NCBI RefSeq assembly: GCF_006345805.1
Contig: NC_043001.1
Location: 32,984,001-33,048,000 of the forward strand
Length of the DNA: 64,000 bases
DNA from: Octopus sinensis
Taxonomy: Eukaryota
Reading direction: 5' to 3'
Shown: one piece after another, positions 39,845 to 54,193 of the stretch
Numbering within the stretch: position 1 is the first letter of the stretch
Layout: each line of letters begins with the position of its first letter
Program-made: the position numbers and the translations under genes
Notes under the pieces: model-generated
Database searches by the model: none
The model's input: only the letters and a program-made list of their open reading frames with translations
Told to the model about the DNA's origin: nothing

Positions 39845-40075
39845 ATAATTACGTCTATACTCCAAGTAGGTCATGGCGAGACTTGAACCAAAAACGTACA
39901 AAATCAGAACAAATGCCGCAGGGCATCAGTTCAGCTCTCCGCCAGACCACCACCCTGGATTTCCTATCGACTCTGAAAAACAATAAGACGAAATTAACAC
40001 CGCTGGGATTTGAATCCAGAGTAAAGGGACAAATACCGAGAGTCCCCAGTCCGACTCTCAAACGACACCGCCAAT
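39845..40075 (-). mobile_element. Highly diverged Meta-domain-like SINE remnants
   Basis: 'gacttgaaccaaaaacgtacaaaatcagaacaaatgccgcagggcat' and 'gggatttgaatccagagtaaagggacaaatacc' resemble reversed SINE heads. Confidence 0.45.
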
Positions 40076-40091
40076 TTCCCGATTATAAGTA

Positions 40092-40590
40092 CCATAAATC
40101 CTCGAGTATAGTCCGCCCTTGAGTATAATGCGCCCTTGAGTATAATACCTTGTGTATAATACGCACCCCTTCTTTAACTTGTGTCAAAGAGGTCTATATA
40201 ACGACCTTGGTTTGTAAAAATGTATATGGTAACGTCCTTTATTATTATTGTATATATATATAACATAATGCAAACGTGTAGCTTTATTGTGCATTTTGTT
40301 CGCAGAAAATAAAGAAATAACAGTAATAACAGTAATAACGTTTAATAAATGTTGCTTACTGCAAGTTTTGGATGATTCTTTTATGACTTCATTGCTTTCA
40401 GGCTTAACTTATGGTATTTTCGCGCTCGACATCACAAAAAGCGTCTAATTAAATATTGCCGGACAGCAAATAGAGATTCGGACATTGCTTAGAAAATAAT
40501 TTTCATTTTTAACCACGTATATAATTCGCACTAGGGATTTTGACCGTTAAATTTTGGGAAAAAATACGGATTATACTCGAGGATTTACGG
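40092..40590. mobile_element. Tc1/mariner-superfamily MITE (Tc2/Tigger-like)
   Basis: TIR CC(A/G)TAAATCCTCGAGTATA(G/A)TCCG at both ends, TA duplication at 40090-40091 and 40591-40592, subterminal 'cccttgagtataat' repeats. Confidence 0.85.
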
Positions 40591-41261
40591 TACTAGAATA
40601 ATAGAATGAATTGATTTGCTACGATGAACAGTATATATCTAATGCTTTAGGCAACACCCTCATCAGAGTGTGATGCTGTCGATAATACCAAATATATAGA
40701 CTGAGATTCGTTTCAATCAGAAAACGTCACCTTCTGACAAGTTGTACTGCTGGAATTGTTTGCCATTTCTTCGTTTTCACGGGAAATCGGTTTATTCCAA
40801 TTTCGAACTGTTTATGTTCCACTACTTCTTACTCTAGACCATAACAAGCTTTCTGTAGATCAATATGTTTATTTTATTAAATAGCATCCCTGGACGAGAT
40901 TATAGATATTACGAAAAAAAAAAAACTATGTAAAAATTTAGTCCGGCGTTCTACCGTATCTGCTTTCAACTGTTTAAAATCGTCCACTGGATGTTAAAAA
41001 GAAAATATAGCTGATAGAAAATGTTGTATCTCAGAGTTGCAATATAAAAGAAATGAGGATATACAGTCACCATAGATCCCGTTTCATTATAGGTTTGTGT
41101 GTGTGTGTGTCTGTCTATCTGTGTGCGCGCGTGTGTGCACGTATGTGTGTCTGTGTCTCTGTGTATATATGCATATATGTATGTGTGCGTGTGCGTGCGT
41201 ATACGTATATATGCATATATATATATATATATAGATGATAGATAGATAGATAGATAGATAG

Positions 41262-41326
<65 letters not shown>

Positions 41327-41418
41327 ATATACATACATGTGTACATAATACAAGTAATATATATATATATATGTATATGAATGCATGTATATATGTGTAT
41401 GCATATGTGCGTGGCGTG

Positions 41419-41483
<65 letters not shown>

Positions 41484-41964
41484 ATACATATATATATATA
41501 CTCATATATATGTATACATACATACATACAGACATACATACACACACTCACATACGCACACACACACACACATATATATATAAGACCTAGTTAATATATA
41601 TATACTACGAATGTTTTTAATTAACTTGAATGTTAAATATGCAAATACATTAAGTAGGTAACTGCATTAAGTACTCAATAGCATTAAGTACATAACTGCT
41701 TAGCTTTGAACGCATAATTACTTGTCTACCCGGGTTGTTAGAGACGTTTATGTTCAGGACTTAATGGTATAAGAGGATTTATCAATAGTGATCTTCCACC
41801 GCATTTCATTACGTCACAACACAATCAAATCAAGTTGTTATTGCATTCTGTTTTGTTATTCCTCGTCCTAATAAAGAAAATTAATTAATTAGGCATATTG
41901 AAAGAAGCTTTCAATTTTCCTTATTTATATTTGCTTCTTTATTTATTATTGCTGTTGTTATTGC

Positions 41965-42015
<51 letters not shown>

Positions 42016-42044
42016 GTTGAACGAAATCCTTATAGGTATTTCAT

Positions 42045-42200
42045 TCGTCGCTACGTTCTGACTTCAAATTCTGTCGAGGTCGACTTTGCTTTCATCCTTC
42101 GGGATTCGATAAATTAAGTATCAGTTGCTTTTTGGAGTCAATCTAATTGACTGGCCCCCTTCTTCCAAATTTCAGATCTTGTGCCTCTGGTAGAAATGAT
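42045..42200 (+). mobile_element. Meta-domain-like SINE fragment flanked by (ATT)n
   Basis: 'acgttctgacttcaaattctgtcgaggtcgactttgctttcatccttcggg'. Confidence 0.8.
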
Positions 42201-42227
42201 TATTGTTGTTGCTGTTGTTATTAAAAC

Positions 42228-42264
<37 letters not shown>

Positions 42265-42299
42265 GTTGTTGTTGTTGTTGTTGTGTTGTTGTTGTTGTT

Positions 42300-42337
<38 letters not shown>

Positions 42338-42397
42338 TATTATTATTAATATTATTATTATTATTAATATTATTATTATCATTATTATCATTATTAA

Positions 42398-42449
<52 letters not shown>

Positions 42450-42689
42450 GTTATTATTATCATCATCATCATCATTATTATTATTGTTATCTCTTTATCA
42501 CGTGTTTTGTTGTTGCTATTATTGTTATAATTATTATTTAACAAATTTGCTATTGGGTCGCAAATATTGCAAAGCATTTAAGTTTTATAAAATCTATAAT
42601 AGAAATTTTACGTACTATTTATTTAGCATTACTCCCGACTTTATTTAATTCTCCTAATTTTGCTTCTTTATTAACCTTACCATTAGGGC

Positions 42690-42900
42690 AGTGGAATAAA
42701 TAGTAAGAACACCGGAAGAAATGCTTAGCGACTTTTCGTCCATTTTAAGGTTCTGAATACATATCCCTGCGAGGTCAAATTTGCCAGTCATCCTTTCGGG
42801 GTTGATAAATTAAGTACCAGTGAAATACTGAGGTCGATGTTAATGACTTGTCGCCTCCCCACAAATTTCAGGCCTTGTGTCTTTAGTAGAAGGAATTATC
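42690..42900 (+). mobile_element. Meta-domain-like SINE, diverged
   Basis: 'gaaatgcttagcg...catcctttcggggttgataaattaagtaccag...aaatttcaggccttgtg'. Confidence 0.8.
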
Positions 42901-43104
42901 ATTATTATTGTTATCATTTTCTGATTGAATTGCATGTTAATTCATTTTCCGACCGGGTCTCAATCAGAGACCTAAAGTACGTATACAGTAATCTCTCGCC
43001 ATATCACGGTTTATTATCTAAGCTTATATCGATTCCTCCGTTTTGCATTTATAATAAAATAAATATATACAAATTATAAAAATAATGTTTTTTAAATATA
43101 TACA

Positions 43105-43267
43105 GGCGCAGGAGTGGCTGTGTGGTAAGTAGCTTGCTAACCAACCACATGGTTCCGGGTTCAGTCCCACTGCGTGGCATCTTGGGCAAGTGTCTTCTGC
43201 TATAGCCCCGGGCCGACCAATGCCTTGTGAGTGGATTTGGTAGACGGAAACTGAAAGAAGCCTGTCG

Positions 43268-43300
<33 letters not shown>

Positions 43301-43525
43301 GTATGTATGTGTATGTGTTTGTGTGTCTGTGTTTGTACCCCTAGCATTGCTTGACATCCGATGCTGGTGTGTTTACGTCCCCGTCATTTAGCGGTTCGGC
43401 AAAAGAGACCGATAGAATAAGTACTGGGCTTACAAAAGAATAAGTCCCGGGGTCGAGTTGCTCGATTAAAGGCGGTGCTCCAGCATGGCTGCAGTCAAAT
43501 GACTAAAACATGTAAAAGAGTAAAG
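43105..43525 (+). mobile_element. tRNA/CORE SINE family A, full length
   Basis: GGCGCAGGAGTGGCTGTGTGG A box, GGTTCAGTCCC B box, 'cttgggcaagtgtcttct', internal (TA)n(TG)n, gagtaa-type tail. Confidence 0.92.
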
Positions 43526-44619
43526 AGAGAGAGTAAGAGTACACTACTGTTTATACTTCACGGATTTTCACCTATTGTGTAGGGCGGGGTAGAACGTAAC
43601 ACCCGCGATACTCGAGGGGTTCCTGGATATTAGATAGAGAGAAACATTCTGAGAATGTGGGTGGTTGATGTCAGCACATTTTTTTAGTCTCATAGATTGT
43701 TGTTTTCCCAGGAATCTGGTCTTCCATATTTTAAAAAATCAGTAATAATTAAGCTTATCACTCGTTTATCTCCTAGGCACTTCTACTCCACCAAAGAAAA
43801 AAAAGCATGTCTTTTACTTCCTAATATATCAAAACAAAAACTAATCGAAGACGATGAGAGATGCCTTTCAGTAATGAGTGAATTTTAATTTTTTTCTAAA
43901 TTGTTACAGCTGTTGCTTAGCCCCTGGTCTGCACTGGTCGATGAAAGGTGGTTTAGGCATAGCCAGATAAGATTAAACTACTTTATTTTAAAGCATAGTG
44001 TATCTTCAATTACATTATTTTTCCTTATTGAATATAGTCCGATATCATTTGAAAAAGTTTTGGTCTTTTTTGTTTTTTATCAGATCAAGCGACCAATAAC
44101 GTAGCAGCTTCTGTTATTGGCTCGCCTAAATTTGTTGAATTAAGAAATAAATCTATAGAATTGTGTCTAAAAGGAAACGGAAGGTTTAGAGCGTGGAAAA
44201 GACATGAAGGCAATATGGAAAATATTTTAATCGATCGCAAACGTGAAACTAAAACGCGTCAAAAATAGCATTTAACACTGGGCGGTATTTTAAATTAATG
44301 AATCCTATAAAACGCATGGCTATGGAATGTATAACGTTAATATGCATTACAATTTTTCTTGTTGTTGTTGTTGTTGTTTTGTTTTGTTTTGTTTGTTTTT
44401 ACTAAAAGCAAACTCACTGAAATAGATTGATCTGAAATTAGTCATCGAATTCGAACTCATAACAGATACGGGCTACAATGGAAATAATAATAAACAATAA
44501 ACATTTTTAATTAAAATCAAACATGAAATGTGTGAATTGTCTGTTTAGATTGGATTGATGCTTTATTAGTTTGAGGAAATAATGAAATTAGTGTTGTGAT
44601 GGTTATGCCTTTCCCAAGA

Positions 44620-44830
44620 ATAACAATGCTACGGATCAACGAAGATGCTCAATCTACTAGCAGTAACTGACAAACTATCTCCAATCCTAGCTCACTGTGT
44701 TAAACAATGACACTGAATAATGTGGTCTTAGGCATTCCTAAATGATAGAATGGTCACAACTGGGATACTTTTGACAATAGGTTTCTACTTGGTCAGTAAT
44801 GATCTACGACTAAACACCACAGACACCAAA
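44620..44830 (+). mobile_element. Diverged SINE 3' portion
   Basis: 'gatagaatggtcacaactgggatacttttgacaatagg...gactaaacaccac' with CA-rich tail. Confidence 0.4.
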
Positions 44831-44867
44831 TACCACAACAATATTAGGAATGTGAATAAAAAGTTGT

Positions 44868-45254
44868 GGATGGAAGCACTCCGTCGGTTACGACGACGAG
44901 GGTTCCGGTTGATCCGATCAACGGAACAGCCTGCTCGTGAAATTAACGTGTAAGTGGCTGAGCACTCCACAGACACGAGTACCCTTAACGTAGTTCTCGG
45001 GGATATTCAGCGTGACACAGAGAGTAACAAGGCCGGCCCTTTGAAATACAGGTACAACAGAAACAGGAAGTAAGAGTGAGAGAAAGTTGTGCTGAAAGAG
45101 TACAGCAGGGATCACCACCATCCCTGCCGGAGCCTCGTGGAGCTTTAGGTGTTTTCGCTCAATAAACACTCACAACGCCCGGTCTGGGAATCGAAACCGC
45201 GATCCTACGACCGCGAGTCCGCTGCCCTAACCACTGGGCCATTGCGCCTCCACT
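44868..45254 (-). mobile_element. tRNA-derived SINE family B, tail type 3
   Basis: Same head/body as 12046 and 27551 copies; 11-bp TSD taaaaagttgt at 44857-44867 and 45255-45265. Confidence 0.92.
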
Positions 45255-46238
45255 TAAAAAGTTGTAAGCTAGCTCGCAAAGAAAACCGTCCGGTGGTTCA
45301 TCATCTTCTAAAACAGGCACTCTTCTTATATTCGTATAACATATGTAGTGTTTGGAGACTGGTCTGCGGGAGCATTACTAACTAGATCTTATTTAACTTC
45401 TTACAAGTTTTGTCACTGAATTATATATATCAATTTCTATGTTTTACTCAATAGACACTAGCGCTTGCTAGTTGAGTAACGTTACCCAGTGGAATAGTTA
45501 AATTTAGAAGTTTAGATAGGTGCAACTATCCAAATAACAGCTTTCTAAAGGATAGAAATTAAGGATTGTCAATAAGCAGCAGTTATGTTACATCGTATTA
45601 CTTCTGTATTTAGCTAATCGATAAGAAAGCTTTTTAAATGTATTTTAGGTCATATTTAAATATGTAAACAATATAACTTTTAATTAGTCCTAATAGTGGA
45701 ACTAGTAGTGTAACAAATGGTCGGGCTTTCTTACTATTTAGAAGGAAGCCCAACCAAATATCTAAAATTAATTATAAATCTTGTGGAAAATAATTGTAGT
45801 AAAATACTGTTTTTGACACCGGTAGCAGAAATGGAACCAAGATGCTTATGTGACGTTAAATAAAACCAGTTACGAGGATTTATATTGTCAGAGAAATTTA
45901 AGCAAGTGTAAATTGCAACAGAAATAGAGGGAGAACAATATAAATGAGGTAAATGGAGCATATCAGTTGGAACAAGGTCAGTGTAGTGTAGAATGAAATA
46001 TCATACTTAATAAGGATAAAAGTGGATCAATGGTAATAATATGGCTATTGTAATTAACTACATCGCTATGCATGAGTTATTCAACCTTGACCTTTGTTAA
46101 AATTCACATCGCTTAGTTTTTAATCCAATTTCACTTAAATCGTCCAATTAACTCATGAATTATACAAAACTCTCGACACTAATCACTATATCTACTTATG
46201 CAATCGTATGGTTTCAAACAGAAAGAAGAAGCCGATAC

Positions 46239-46313
46239 TCGGCAAGTCGAGATAACGACGTAATTTCAAGAGGATATCGCTTAACAGAATGGCTAGGACC
46301 ATCTCCATTTCTT
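46239..46313 (-). CDS. Candidate coding exon (75 nt, phase 2-2)
   Basis: Strong acceptor caattttcagtattttcttag|; frame RNGDGPSHSVKRYPLEITSLSRLA; donor GA|gtatcg is weak. Confidence 0.25.
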
Positions 46314-46639
46314 CTAAGAAAATACTGAAAATTGCTCTCTGCTCTAGGCGATGTCGATATATTAAACCTTGCTTTTTTATTCTTGAATGGAAGACTCCGG
46401 CAAAACCACATTTGTTTCTAGTCACGTAGTTATCTACCAAATTTTTTACTTGGTCAGATGGTTCACATTTAGCATCTCTTTATTACTGCAGAAGTAGTGA
46501 AAGAAACTTTGCAGCATTTTTCATTTCTTAACTTAATTTTGAAAGAAATAGATTGTTTACGTGTACATTGCTGTTGTCAACCATACAGTTAGAATTGTTC
46601 GAACCAATGTCACTGTTATCTGTCAAGAATTAACATTAC

Positions 46640-46850
46640 TCAGAAGGAGGTGAAGATACTGTCAAAGCATAAGGATTTTGAAACTGAAATAAGCGAGATA
46701 TGGGGCATGACTATGAATACAACACCAATTATAACTAGAGTAACAGGTGTGGTGAAAGAAATCATTTATCGACACACTGGGCACACAAAGTTACACATTT
46801 TAGGAAAAAACAAGCAATTGCCCTGATGGACACAGCCCATATTGTAATTG
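46640..46850 (+). mobile_element. R4/Dong LINE C-terminal remnant
   Basis: ILSKHKDFETEISEIWGMTMNTTPII..TGVVK resembles KLSKYKDLEIEVTRMWNLKTETIPII of the 31-33 kb copy. Confidence 0.65.
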
Positions 46851-47339
46851 AAACAGTACACTCTCTGCTCAGTACGTAACCTATACTATATTAAACCCCA
46901 TCCAATTAAATAATACACTAATACGATTATAAATATAAAATAACGAAAAATTATGCTAGATTCAAGTTATATCAAATTAATGTAAATTGTTATATACTCA
47001 GTGCTTGGCTCTAACACAAGAAAAACACACACACCTCATAATTTACTCAGTTGTCGCTTGTTAATATCACACGCCACATGTCACATACGTTAAAGTAACT
47101 TCGCCCTGAAACACACAGTACGAACGAAAAATCAAATATCACAAAACAGAATAATGCAGCTTTCAAACACTAAAATATCACCATAAGCCAACTACTTAAC
47201 AAACCCTCTACACGCAAATGCAGCAAAACTGAAGCAGCGTATAAATGAGATTCTACAAACGCAAAGGATGACGCCTCACACACTTCATGAACAAGTATGT
47301 GTTTTTGATGGTGAAGGAGTTATTATTACTATCATAATG

Positions 47340-47600
47340 ACGATGATGACACCATCACTCTTGCCATTTTCGCAACTCCCAACCCCTTTCAATGAACTCA
47401 TTCGACAACAGCACTTCTCTCTCCGCCCTCAATTTCCATTTCAAGCGAAACTTGAACACGTCAATGAGACCTCTAGCAAAGCGGAATGTATGTGCCCTCA
47501 TGCCTGTCAGCCTCGTCCACCAGACAACCTCTTTTGCCACAACCACCAGCTAAAAGAAAACTGCCTTGCCTGCCCGATTAAAGGAGGGCGACCGGGCAAT
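47340..47600 (-). mobile_element. Probable L1/Tx1-type ORF2 C-terminal remnant
   Basis: VVAKEVVWWTRLTGM..LIDVFKFRLKWKLRAEREVL..EFIERGW fits the KE.IW..R....F..RW end of L1/Tx1 ORF2. Confidence 0.5.
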
Positions 47601-47624
47601 AATAATCCTTTCTACAATAAGTAC

Positions 47625-48003
47625 GAGGCCTGAAATATTGAGGATGGGTCTAGTCGATTACATCGACCCCAGTGTTTCACTAGTTCTTAATTTATCGAAC
47701 CCGAAATGATGAAAGACAAAGTCGGCCCCAACAGAATTTGAACTCAGAACGTAAAGACAGACGAAATGCCGCTGAGCATTTTTGCCTTGCGTGCTAACGA
47801 ATCTGCTAGCCCACCGCCTTCATAATTATCCTTGCTACTATAGACACAAGGCCTGAGATTTGGTGGAAGAGAGAGGCCGATTACATTGATCCCAATGCTC
47901 AAAGGAAAGATCGACTCAGCGGCACTTGAGCGAAGAACATAAAGACAGGTGGAACACTGCCTGGCATTTTGTCTTGTAGGGTTACGATTCTGCCAGCTCG
48001 CCT
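47625..48003 (-). mobile_element. Two tandem Meta-domain-like SINE copies followed by (TAA)n/(GAA)n
   Basis: 'gatgaaagacaaagtcggccccaacagaatttgaactcagaacgtaaagacagacgaaatgccgctgagcattt' and a more diverged second copy ending 'ttctgccagctcgcc'. Confidence 0.75.
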
Positions 48004-48168
48004 TTAATGATAATAATGCAATAATAATAATAATGCAATAATAATAATAATAATAATAATATTAATAATAATAATAATAATAATAATAATGCAATGATAA
48101 TAATGCAAGACCACGAAGGAGAAGAAGAAGAAGAGAAGAAGAAGAAGAAGAAGAAGAAGAAGAAGAAG

Positions 48169-48199
<31 letters not shown>

Positions 48200-49719
48200 G
48201 GAGGAGAAGAGGAGGGAGAGAAGGAGGGGTAGGAGAAAGTGGAAAGGGAGTAGTATGAGGAGGAGGGTCTTGCATAACCTTGTAGCTTAAGGTTTTGAGG
48301 CGTTGAAAAGTATTGATACGAACAATACGTTTCATCTTCCGTTCTATTTTTGTTTTTGGTTTTTTGGGGTTTTTTTTTGTTTTTTTTTTGCATGGTGAAA
48401 TGTAACCGCGCAAATTCGCATCTGTGAAGAAAACAACGAAAAACAATTATAACAATTACTTTCGATTAGGGTGAACAGCAAATATATTGAATACAATAAG
48501 GAAAGAATATACAATCAATTGAATCTCTTCATGCGTATTCGCGGCATTTATATACCCAACACATGAGAAAAGGAAGGCAAGATCTCATTTGAATTCAGGA
48601 AAAAAAGTGAGATTCTAAACAAGATAATGCAAATGATTTACTCTGACACCAAGTAACATGCACCATCTTCACAAACGGCAATAGTAACAAGTAATAAAAT
48701 TCTATTTATGGAAAGGTTTCAAAAACAACTCAATGGCTGATATCGAATACGATATATGTTATAAACAACTTTTCCTGAATGCGATAGCTGATTGGTTTAA
48801 AGATCTTATTTTATTTTCTCCTTCTATCTCTCTCTCTCTCTTTCTTTTTTATTTTCTTTTTTTCTAGCCTCTTAGTAGTTTACAACTTGTAAATCAAAGC
48901 CGTCTGACTACTGTTGATCATGCATATATCTATCATTTTCAACTATTTTTCGGCCCAATCTTCATTTATTCGTCGATCACTGTTGCATATCTTTACTCTA
49001 CTATTCGCCATTCTTCTTTCTACATTCTACATACATGCTGAAATAACTTCTTTTGACAGGCTTTCCGTGTCATAATTTATTGTGCTCCAATTTTGTGCTT
49101 CTGCAAGAATGAATAATGCAAATTCCAAAATGGTTAAAATTGGTTAGCCTTTTCTTGAAATTCGAAATGGATAAATAGAAAAAAAATCCTGAATATTCAG
49201 TTTCTTTTGTCTAGGCACAAAACCCAATATTTTTAGGTGAAATCGAAATCTGTATATTACAGTATTAAGTATAAAGGAGTCAAATCAACCAAAACGGACA
49301 TTGAATTAGCAATAACAAGATATTGAGCCTGTTTAACACAGGTCTATAATGAAAGTTATTCCAGATGAGGTTATCAAATATTTTTAGGCATTTTAAGGTT
49401 ACATATTAAGTGCCTGTCTTTTTAGTATTTTTCTTTTTTTTTTTTGAAAGTCGATACGATAAATCTAATAGCTAAATTCAGGTATTTAGCTATTATTTTC
49501 GGCAAATCGAGGGATGGCGTGGATAGAACCGAAACGTGTTAATAATAGCTTATTCCCTCTGTTGCAGCATATAACATCTTAAATACAGATATTATTCTCT
49601 TGAGTCAGTTTATCGCGGGCTTTTAGTGAAAGATATAGAAATTGTTTGTCTTTCTGAAGTAATAAATAAAAAAGAAACGTTTGCTTTCCGATTCACCCAG
49701 AGAATATATACGTACTCAA

Positions 49720-49762
<43 letters not shown>

Positions 49763-50213
49763 CACATACATACACACACACAAATACATAGAGATGCTGT
49801 GTAAATAACGGCCTGCACAGGCCAGCATTTTAACATATGTCGTAACATATGAATGAAAATAACACTTGTCCATAATCTGCTTACAGAATTATAGCTGAAC
49901 TATTATTATTATCATCATTATCTTCATCATCATCATTATCATCATCATTCTTCTTCTTATTATTATTATTATTATTACCAAAGAATAAACGATTTCTTAT
50001 TCTCTTTTCATTAAACAAGCACATCAGCAGTTAACTGAAACAATAATAATATAAATTTCACAAAAGGATATTACCGGGTTATAAAGTCCACGAATCCTAT
50101 TTATTTAACTGCGTGGCGGCATGATATATTGTTGACGCCTTGCACAAACCTGTGGCAGTCATCGCGATCATTAATAGGATATGATGTTATTTCTTGCACG
50201 AATACTGAATATC

Positions 50214-50254
<41 letters not shown>

Positions 50255-50506
50255 GCGTCTACTAAATATAGAGAATGAGTATATTGAAGCAATTTCAATA
50301 AAGATGTTGTTTGTTTATTAGTGGAAATAAGATTCAGTGAAGTATGGCTAGTGAATAATAATTTGGTGTTTTCATCGGGAAACTTTCAATCCAATTTTCT
50401 TTATTTCGGTTTCACAAGCATACCACGCACACATGCATAAGCGCATCCGTATGTGCGTGACATACACGGACACGCAGATATGAATATATATATATATATA
50501 TAATAT

Positions 50507-50582
<76 letters not shown>

Positions 50583-50621
50583 TGTATGTATATATATGTA
50601 CGTTTATATATATATATGTGT

Positions 50622-50653
<32 letters not shown>

Positions 50654-51207
50654 GTATATATATATACACATATATATATATACATATATATGTATATATA
50701 TATATATATATATACACATATATATATATATACGCGCGTACATTCACATATATCTGAACATATATATGTGTGTGTATGTACGTGTGTGCGTATACACACA
50801 CTTATTTCGAGTGGACGTCTGTACATTAGAATATATTAAATACATACGTAGATAAATAAGATAGATAGAGATAGAAAGATAGAGAGAGAGAGAGAGGGGG
50901 AGGAGGGAGAGAAAAAAAAAAGAAGCAGACAGACAGTCAGACAGATTCATAATCTGTAAATATTTTACCTGGAGACTAGCAGGGAAGAAAACAAACGCAT
51001 AATAAAATGAAAAACGAGAGAAACCGAAGAAAAAATAATTAAATAAACGCAAGAGAAGGGGGATATACAAAACAGAAATAGTTTGGAAAAATAATACACA
51101 TCTGGTCGAACGAAACGTAAATAACAATGCCTGATATTCCTGTGTTTACGTGTGTGCATGTCTGTATGGAGACAAATTTTCATGTATCACTATGTAAATA
51201 TACAGAC

Positions 51208-51248
<41 letters not shown>

Positions 51249-51669
51249 TGTGTATATATATATGTATGTATATATGTATATATATATATATATATATGCA
51301 TGTATATATGTATATAAACATTCGATATATACATATTTATATAAATATATATGTATATATATATATATATGTGTATGTATGTGTATATATATATGTATAT
51401 ATATGTATATATAAGTATATATACATACCTCTAGGTAAATTTAGCATGAATGAATTTGTAAATACATGGATAGACATGTAAACCAACATATGTATATACG
51501 TTGTGTGTGTGGTGCGCATATATATATATATATATATATATGTACGTATCGATACTTTCACACACACATGGACATGCATATACACATATATACACAAACG
51601 TGTGCACACATTAAATACACAAATACACATACACACACACACACATGCACACACACACACACGCGCACA

Positions 51670-51714
<45 letters not shown>

Positions 51715-51716
<2 letters not shown>

Positions 51717-51830
51717 CGGGCTTCTTTTAGTTTCCGTCTACCAAATCCACACACAAAGTTTTGGCCGGCCCGAGCCCGAACCATGTGGTTGGTAAACCAG
51801 CTACTTACCAAACAGCCACTCCTGCGCCTA
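51715..51830 (-). mobile_element. SINE family A 5' half with internal deletion
   Basis: 'acgggcttcttttagtttccgtctaccaaatccac...ccatgtggttggtaaaccagctacttacc..ctcctgcgcc'. Confidence 0.85.
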
Positions 51831-52445
51831 TACATATACCAGATATGACCATATATATATATATATATATATACGTACAGACACACACATACGCACACAC
51901 ACGCACACGCACACATACATGAACATACACACTTACACTTTGTGTTTGACGGAAGTTATGCATGTATGTGCAAATGTATATTTGTGCGTGCGCACGCCTC
52001 TGTGTGTACGTGCTTGCATGCATACGTGCGTGCATGCATGCGTATACATGAACATGTAATTCGATTTCTTATTGAGAGAAATAAACTCGTGAGCAATTGA
52101 AAGTTTTCTCAAGGCCACAGGTGATGTGATTTGACAGCGGTCAGGAAACAAAACCGGCTTTGCAATATACGGACTCGACATTGAAAGACTTATATACACA
52201 CACATACACACACAAACAAACACATACATACACACACACACACACATTCATATGCGCACACATGTACAGAGCGAGCGTGATATATCTATTTCACTGTTTG
52301 TAGTTATGCATGAATAAGTATTTTCTGCTATGGCATCAATCTCTGCAAATAGCATGAATACATTGCTGGAATATGTATGTAATTCTAAGTGAGTGGGTGT
52401 GCGTCTGTACATAAATGTATATGTGTGTAGAGATTTAGAAGTTTG

Positions 52446-52492
<47 letters not shown>

Positions 52493-52633
52493 CAAACTTA
52501 TGAATCTAGGTATATATTATTAGACAGGGAGGGAAAGAAAAAGACAGAGGGGCGGATGAAGGAAGCAATATTTTATAGAACTCAATATATAAGTGTATAT
52601 ATGCACATACACAGACACACACCACACGCACAA

Positions 52634-52687
<54 letters not shown>

Positions 52688-52813
52688 TTATTCGACAGAA
52701 ACGTTACAAAATGATAGGAAGGGAAGGCCGACAGTTTCGTGCATAACTGTTGTGCACGAAACCTCGATCTCTGTGTCACATTTGTCAATTTTCAGCCGTT
52801 TAATAGATTAAGG

Positions 52814-52866
<53 letters not shown>

Positions 52867-52923
52867 GTGTATATACATATATATATATGTGTGTGTGTGT
52901 GTGTGTCTGATTATGTATATATA

Positions 52924-53730
52924 CAGGGTGCGATGGGTAAATTGTCGCCATGTATACCTTCAACCCTGCGCATGCGCATTTTTTTTCTTTTGTTATTGTT
53001 ATTCTGTCCACTACACACTTTAGTAGGTTCACTTGAGCACCGTCTATGACAGGAAAAAACAATACTATAATGCAATTCACTCTGCCAGAAATTTGGAAAT
53101 GACATGCTCTACCGCTTGGCATTCCAATACGGACATTTTAGAGTGCTTAGATCTCAATCTGAGGTCATGTAGCGAGAGTCATAAAAATCAAACACCCGGT
53201 CAACATCATCGTGTTTCGATTCATCACCAAGCGATGATGACGTTATGCCACTGTCTTGACCCATGCTGCCCTGGGTCAAGAGGGTGGCTGCTAGAAGACC
53301 CTACGTCTGGCAACAGGACTCTGCACCCTGTCACACAAGCATAAGAACCCTGTCACGGTTGTCTGACAGTTTCTGCAACCACATGACTCCTAACGTCTGG
53401 CCACCTAACTCCCCAAACCGAAACCCCCTTGATTATTATATGTGGGGCGCAGTGGAGACCAACAAAACTCTATGTAACGCCAAAGATGAACTGAAGGCAA
53501 GAATTATGGTAGCATTCACCAATTTAATCAAAGTGGCCGTCCAGAAGAGTTGCAGGAGGTTCCGAAGTCGTCTGGAAGCCGTGGCTGAAGCTAATAGCGA
53601 TTTTATTGAATAAATTTACTCACAGTATTTCAATATATTTTTATGTAATTTTGGTAAATATATCTAGTAATGTGAGATGTCAGTGTTATTTTCATTTCTG
53701 CACAATTTGGACGGCAATATATTCACAGAT
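52924..53730 (+). mobile_element. Tc1/mariner (maT/DD37D-like) transposon remnant, internally deleted
   Basis: TA|CAGGGTGCGATGGGTAAATTGTCGCC left end; PYVWQQDSAPCH..WPPNSPNRNPLDYYMWG..RFRSRLEAVAEA (ORF 53263-53613); right TIR degenerate. Confidence 0.85.
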
Positions 53731-53784
53731 AGAACTTAGAAAGACAGATGAAACACTGCTAAGTATTTTGCCCGGAAAAAATGC

Positions 53785-54193
53785 GGATCTTTTCGGTTTG
53801 AACGGCAGTTTTTTCTAGCGGTGTCATATGAAATTGTCACCCATAATTATGACCCTAATATCGATCTATTGCATTTCAATCTGCTTTAGGGTTAGGGGTG
53901 GGGAGAAGGGTATCTTTTTTTCTTCAGAAATGTAAATAAACCCAATCTGTTTCTTAAACGAGGGACATATTCATACGGCACAGAATGTTTTCACCTCAAT
54001 AGACGTCAATGATTGGTTGAAATTGCAGAAATTGAAGTAAAAATAACAAATATCTTACAAACCATAGAATTTTCTCAATAAAGCCAAGAGAAAACGATGT
54101 TTTATAAACACATTCTACCAGTATACGAAGTTTTAAAGTGTTTAGTTACGTGGAAATTATTTTAAAAAACTGCCGTTCAAACCGAAAAGATCC
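53785..54193. mobile_element. 409-bp MITE with perfect 30-bp TIRs
   Basis: GGATCTTTTCGGTTTGAACGGCAGTTTTTT at 53785-53814 and its exact reverse complement at 54164-54193; 8-bp flanks aaaaatgc / aaaaatgg. Confidence 0.92.

Noticed and set aside
40640-40670. Minus-strand CTGATGA-GGG..GCC motif
   Set aside because: GAAAC replaced by TAAAG and no stem I/III.
53884-53900. Telomeric repeat
   Set aside because: Only two TTAGGG units, internal to a MITE.
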